From contig QZJO01000003.1 of assembly GCA_003599755.1 (NCBI GenBank), positions 1 to 60,811 on the forward strand: 60,811 nucleotides of DNA, read 5' to 3'. This DNA comes from Candidatus Parcubacteria bacterium (GTDB lineage: Bacteria > Patescibacteriota > Minisyncoccia > Sungbacterales > SURF-37). The translations under genes were made by a program, and so were the position numbers. Position 1 is the first letter of the stretch, and each line of letters opens with the position of its first letter. The notes under the pieces were generated by a model, which was not told the DNA's origin, searched no databases, and saw nothing but the letters and a program-made list of their open reading frames with translations. Positions 56,441-60,811 of the stretch are shown here, one piece after another.

Positions 56441-58318
56441 ATGCTGCGCATCCGATTGCACTCACAATCTACGACACGCGCGCCGCAGCGCCGATCCGGT
56501 CAGGCGGCGATGATCTCCATGCTCTTTTTCATGGCGGTTTCGCTGGCGATCATTTTCGGCATCGCCGTCGCGGCGCTCCGCGAGACCCGCATCGCGCACA
56601 CGAACCACGACGCGCGGCGCAGTTACTACCTTGCCGAAGCGGCCATCGAGGATGCGCTGTATCGCGTGCAGGCGAGCAAGCCCTTTGATGCGAACGAGAC
56701 GATCACGATCGGCGGATTTTCCAGCACTGTTGCCATCACGGGAGACGGCGACGGTTACACGTTAGAAGCCGAAGGGGATATTGATTCGGCGATTCGGCGG
56801 ATTTCGGTCATCCTGGAAAACGGCATCGGCGCTTCGTTCACCTATGGCGCTCACGTAGGATGGCTTGGCATGGACCTTAATAATTCCGGCGCACGCATCG
56901 TCGGCAGCGTGTATTCGAATGGTCTGATCCACGGCGAAAACGGACCGCGGTTTACCGGCGACGCGTGGGTTGCTTCGAACGCGGATCCGAGCGATCAAAA
57001 GCAGCTTGGCCAAAGTTCGAGTACGGATTTTCGCCGCGCGAGCGCCAATATGGATTTCGCCCAATCGTTCGTGCCGTCGCTTACCGCATACCCGAAGGAA
57101 CTGCGCATATGGCTGCGCAAAGTGGGAAGCCCCTCGAATAATGTTAGCGTGAAAATCCGCGAAGACAGCGGCCAAAAGCCCTACGTCGGCAGCGGCGCAC
57201 TCGAGTTCGGTAACGGGTCATTCTCGCCGAACGACGTCGGGTGCGCCGCGCCGGCCGATTTCTGCCAGCTAACGATAGCGCTTTCCAATATCAATCCCCT
57301 TATCGAAGGGACGAAATACTGGTTCGTACTCGACGGTTCAGCATTTAATGCAAGCAATTACTTCGAGATCGCGTTGCATACCGATGGAAGCTATTCGGAC
57401 GGCACGGCGATGTTGAGCGGTGATTGGCAGTCGGGAACGTGGGCGGGCCTGAGTGCGGATGCCAAATTCGATCTGCATCTTGAGATAGATCAGAATCGGA
57501 TCGAAGGCGAAAATAACAATGGCATCATCGTCGAAGGGGATGTGCATGCGTATGAGATAGACCAGAATGTGAAAATTTGCGGCAACGGCTACTATACCCT
57601 GATTGAAGGAACTCCGACCACCGGTTCATTAGGTTTTCTCAATGATCCCGATTCCAATACCTGCGCTCCACCGCTCGATACGGACGGCACGCCGTTTCCA
57701 TCGAGTCCAACGCCCGAGCCCGTCGACCTTCCGCTGACGCTCGAGACGATTGGCGCGCTCGTGGAGCGGGCCGATAGCGGCGACATAATTCCGGGGCTGA
57801 CGCTGCAAAACGGACAGACCCGAACGTTTGATCGAGAAACGAAAATCGAAGGCGATTTGCGGGTTGAATCGAATGCCGTACTTACGTTGAACGGCGATAT
57901 TCATATTACCGGGCAATTTACCTGCGATAGCGGTACGGTGCGCCTGGATCCGGCGTTCGATTCGGGCAGCGGCGTCATCATCGTGGATGACCGAGCGGTT
58001 ATTAATAATCAATGCGATCTCATCGGCAGCGGCCATCAAGACAGTTATGTAATGATTCTCTCGCGAGCGCCCGTACGGGAAAGCGGGAATGCCATTCATC
58101 TGCGGAATCTTTCGAATGCGCTTACCAAAGTTATCGCATACGCCCATTTCGGCGACGTCCTGTTGGAAAATAATCTTACAATCCATCAGGTGACCGGCGT
58201 CCAAATTCGGTTGCAAAATTCGGCGGAGGTCGTGTACGAAAGCGGTCTGGCGAACGTTTCATTTACCTCCGGTCCCACGGGCGGCTGGGTAGTACAGCAG
58301 TGGCGCGAAATCGAGTAA
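56441..58318 (+). CDS. PilX-like pilin with large C-terminal putative adhesin region
   Basis: SG/QAAM, YYLAEAAIEDAL; beta-rich tail ending GGWVVQQWREIE. Confidence 0.75.
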   Translation: MLRIRLHSQSTTRAPQRRSGQAAMISMLFFMAVSLAIIFGIAVAALRETRIAHTNHDARRSYYLAEAAIEDALYRVQASKPFDANETITIGGFSSTVAITGDGDGYTLEAEGDIDSAIRRISVILENGIGASFTYGAHVGWLGMDLNNSGARIVGSVYSNGLIHGENGPRFTGDAWVASNADPSDQKQLGQSSSTDFRRASANMDFAQSFVPSLTAYPKELRIWLRKVGSPSNNVSVKIREDSGQKPYVGSGALEFGNGSFSPNDVGCAAPADFCQLTIALSNINPLIEGTKYWFVLDGSAFNASNYFEIALHTDGSYSDGTAMLSGDWQSGTWAGLSADAKFDLHLEIDQNRIEGENNNGIIVEGDVHAYEIDQNVKICGNGYYTLIEGTPTTGSLGFLNDPDSNTCAPPLDTDGTPFPSSPTPEPVDLPLTLETIGALVERADSGDIIPGLTLQNGQTRTFDRETKIEGDLRVESNAVLTLNGDIHITGQFTCDSGTVRLDPAFDSGSGVIIVDDRAVINNQCDLIGSGHQDSYVMILSRAPVRESGNAIHLRNLSNALTKVIAYAHFGDVLLENNLTIHQVTGVQIRLQNSAEVVYESGLANVSFTSGPTGGWVVQQWREIE

Positions 58319-58349
58319 AATACGAATACGTTCCCGTTTTTGCGATACC

Positions 58350-59441
58350 ATGTTTCAGCAGCTGACCCGCCGCATGCTCCGGCCGCCGGCATTCGGCCTC
58401 GATATCTCCGATCTGTCGATCAAATTCGCGCGCATCGCCGCCGAGCGCGGAGTATTTCGTTTAGATGTATTCGGAGAGATTGAAGTCCCGGCGGGAGTGA
58501 TCAACGGCGGCGAGATACAAAATGAATCGGAACTGATTCGGCTCTTGCGCGCGGGACTCCGGAGCGAGACCGGCCAGCACGTCCGCGAGCGGTTCTGCGT
58601 CGCATCGCTGCCCGAGGAAAAAAGCTTCGTGCATATCCTTGAATTACCGCCCAACATTCACGGTGAGGATTTGGGTAATGCCGTGCGTTGGGAAGTGGAG
58701 GGGGTGGTTCCGCTGCCTATCACGGAGATGTATTACGATTACGAGCCGTTTGGAAAAGGAACGACCGACCACCAAGACGTCCTTTTGATCGCCTTTCCGC
58801 GGAGCATTATCGATAGCTATCACCGCGTGCTGATAGCCGGCGGATTCGTGCCCTTGGCGCTGGAGCTCGAGTCGCAGTCGGTATCCCGGGCACTAATCAA
58901 ATCCGGCGCCCCGACGAAGCCAACCATTATCATGGATATCGGCGCGACCCGGACGAGCTTCATCCTGTTTGCCGGCGGATCGCTCGTATTCACCAAAAGC
59001 ATTCCGGTGGGCGGACGGGAACTGGAACAAGCCATTGCCGCAGCGCTTGGCATTCCGCTCGAGCAGGCGCGCACAGTCAAAATAGAGGCCGGCCTGAATC
59101 GAGGCATGCGGGACGGCAAGGTCTTTGCCGCGCTCGCGCCCGAGCTCGGGACAATTGCCACCGAGTTGGAGCAGCAGCTGTGGTTCTATCGGGACCACAC
59201 CGCATCCCAACACCGCGATTGGGGCGATGTAGCGCGCGTGATGCTCTGCGGGGGCGACGCGAATCTCATCGGGCTCGAACAATATCTTTCGGCGGCGGTC
59301 CGCCGGGAAACCGCAGTAGGCAATCCGTTTATTAACGTGGCAATTCCTGCCGGGAGCGTGCCGCCTATTCCGAAAAATCTTTCGCTGAAATATACGACTG
59401 CCCTCGGACTCGGTTTGCGGGCCGCCGCATATATGCCTTGA
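58350..59441 (+). CDS. pilM: PilM (cluster 2)
   Basis: GLDISD, MDIGATRT, MLCGGDANL. Confidence 0.92.
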   Translation: MFQQLTRRMLRPPAFGLDISDLSIKFARIAAERGVFRLDVFGEIEVPAGVINGGEIQNESELIRLLRAGLRSETGQHVRERFCVASLPEEKSFVHILELPPNIHGEDLGNAVRWEVEGVVPLPITEMYYDYEPFGKGTTDHQDVLLIAFPRSIIDSYHRVLIAGGFVPLALELESQSVSRALIKSGAPTKPTIIMDIGATRTSFILFAGGSLVFTKSIPVGGRELEQAIAAALGIPLEQARTVKIEAGLNRGMRDGKVFAALAPELGTIATELEQQLWFYRDHTASQHRDWGDVARVMLCGGDANLIGLEQYLSAAVRRETAVGNPFINVAIPAGSVPPIPKNLSLKYTTALGLGLRAAAYMP

Positions 59442-59977
59442 ATATGTTGGGACTGAATCTCTTGCCTCCGGTAGAAAAGCGGAATCTCGCTATTATCTGG
59501 CGCACGCGCGTGGTAATGCTTATTAGCGGTGGCGTAGTCGCGGTGGTTGCGATTGGCGTCCTGTTGTTGTTGCCGACGTACTTTTTTATCGGCCTGCAAA
59601 CGGCCGAAACCGTTCGGGCCGCGGAATTGGAACGGCAAAGCCAGGCGCAAAGCGGCATCGAGGCCGAAATTACCCGTATCCGGGCGGCAAATCGGCTCGC
59701 GGAGATAGTCGAGCAATATCAGGCCGGACGCCGTCCCGTATTCGGGCTCTTCGAGACCGTTATACGCAAGGCGGGCGGCGTTCGTATTGAAAATTTGGAG
59801 TTCAAAGGCAAGGAACGGCAATTCGTGCTGCGGGGATTCGCGCCGACGCGCCAGGATTTACTGGCATTCGTGGCCGCACTCGAGGCCGATGAAGCGATCG
59901 CTGAGGTCTCTTCGCCGGTCGCGAATCTCATTCGGGAAGTCGCCATCAGTTTTTCGTTGACCATCACGCTCAACTGA
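59438..59977 (+). CDS. pilN: PilN-like protein (cluster 2)
   Basis: LNLLP, TM, LRGFAPTRQDLLAF. Confidence 0.8.
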   Translation: MNMLGLNLLPPVEKRNLAIIWRTRVVMLISGGVVAVVAIGVLLLLPTYFFIGLQTAETVRAAELERQSQAQSGIEAEITRIRAANRLAEIVEQYQAGRRPVFGLFETVIRKAGGVRIENLEFKGKERQFVLRGFAPTRQDLLAFVAALEADEAIAEVSSPVANLIREVAISFSLTITLN

Positions 59978-59982
59978 CCCCT

Positions 59983-60519
59983 ATGTGGCTTGTCATTCGA
60001 ACGCAACAACAATTCTGGATCGTGGCCGCGGCTATGGGGCTGGTCGCCCTCGGGGCGATCATCGCGTTCGTGTTCGCGGTGCAGTATGTCCTGCAAGAAT
60101 GGGATGTGCTCGCCGCGGCGCGGGCTGGGCTCGGCGGCGATGAGGCGGTGCGCCGCGGCGTCGGCGTGGCGAATGATTTGCTGGTCCAAAACGCGAATGA
60201 TCTTGCGGTCTTGGAATCGAGCTTCGCGGATCCCAAAAATCCGCTGCCGTTTATCGAGAGTATCGAGGCGCTCGGGCGACGGCTCGGCGTACGCGCGGAA
60301 CTCACGCTGACGTCCGGCAGCGATACGCTCGCAGACCGATACCAGATCAACGCCGATGGGGAATTCATCCGCGTCATGGCGTTTTTGCGATCATTGGAAG
60401 CGCTGCCGTTTCTTATTGTTCTGGGCGATGTGACGATTTCTCGAGCCGGAACCGGCGATGCGGTCCGGCTCGCGACGGACGTAACGCTGGTATCCGGGCC
60501 GAATAACGGAGGGCGATGA
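59983..60519 (+). CDS. pilO: PilO-like protein (cluster 2)
   Basis: TM, FIESIEAL, GEF..VM.FL..LEALP. Confidence 0.7.
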   Translation: MWLVIRTQQQFWIVAAAMGLVALGAIIAFVFAVQYVLQEWDVLAAARAGLGGDEAVRRGVGVANDLLVQNANDLAVLESSFADPKNPLPFIESIEALGRRLGVRAELTLTSGSDTLADRYQINADGEFIRVMAFLRSLEALPFLIVLGDVTISRAGTGDAVRLATDVTLVSGPNNGGR

Positions 60520-60811
60520 ACTTTTCACTTTCGCAATTGAATACAATCGATGTCCGACGCTTGCTGCAGGATCGGCGGGTGCCGTCGGCGACCGAAGTAT
60601 TATCGCTTGCCTGGTGGGTGCTCGGCGTATGTCTCTTATTGGTTCTGGCGCTCGACGGATGGATGTTCTATCGCTATGGCTTCGGCACCGCGCCGACGCC
60701 CGAACAGCCGAATCGTGCCGAGACGATCCGCGTGCGGGAAGAAATGATCCAGAGCGCGGCCGGAATCATTCGGGACCGGCGCCGGGAGTTCGGCGAGGCC
60801 GGATTTATCCC
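60516..60811 (+). CDS. Partial TM protein in the PilP position, runs off the window
   Basis: ATGA coupling; MNFSLSQL...LAWWVLGVCLLLVLALDGWMFY; no stop before the end. Confidence 0.6.
   Translation, partial: MNFSLSQLNTIDVRRLLQDRRVPSATEVLSLAWWVLGVCLLLVLALDGWMFYRYGFGTAPTPEQPNRAETIRVREEMIQSAAGIIRDRRREFGEAGFI

Noticed and set aside
1-60811. CRISPR array, rRNA, integrase or transposase
   Set aside because: No regularly spaced repeat-spacer array, rRNA signature or recombinase motif was seen

Overview
GC-rich bacterial chromosome segment. Gene content points to a Patescibacteria (CPR, Parcubacteria-like) genome (inference): tig-clpP, K+-independent H+-PPase, archaeal-type ATP-dependent ligase, membrane GT2, DUF5673-like protein, receiver-only regulators, type IV pili without a secretin in the window. 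Genetic code 11. Core genes: ftsH, recG, comF, lig, gatCA, clpP, tig, hppA, nusA. Six intact tRNAs (Val-TAC, Pro-TGG, Ile-TAT, Arg-GCG, Ser-TGA, Ser-GCT), several flanked by fragmentary copies of themselves. Two separate type IV pilus clusters (28.1-40.0 kb and 50.2-60.8 kb). Accessory islands with strong Shine-Dalgarno sites: OB/HTH/MORC-ATPase module, XRE/SPFH island, secreted-protein cluster. Best leads: (1) a variant SAM-I riboswitch with terminator controlling two orphan genes; (2) a 99-nt repeat found twice at ATGA stop/start junctions of pilus genes, forming a 32-codon bridging ORF that would preserve translational coupling; (3) a nuclease-free MORC/GHKL ATPase module; (4) an RHH-YraN pair missed by the ORF track; (5) tRNA-Ile(UAU) and tRNA-Arg(GCG), the former overlapping a CDS. 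All calls are by eye; no searches were run.
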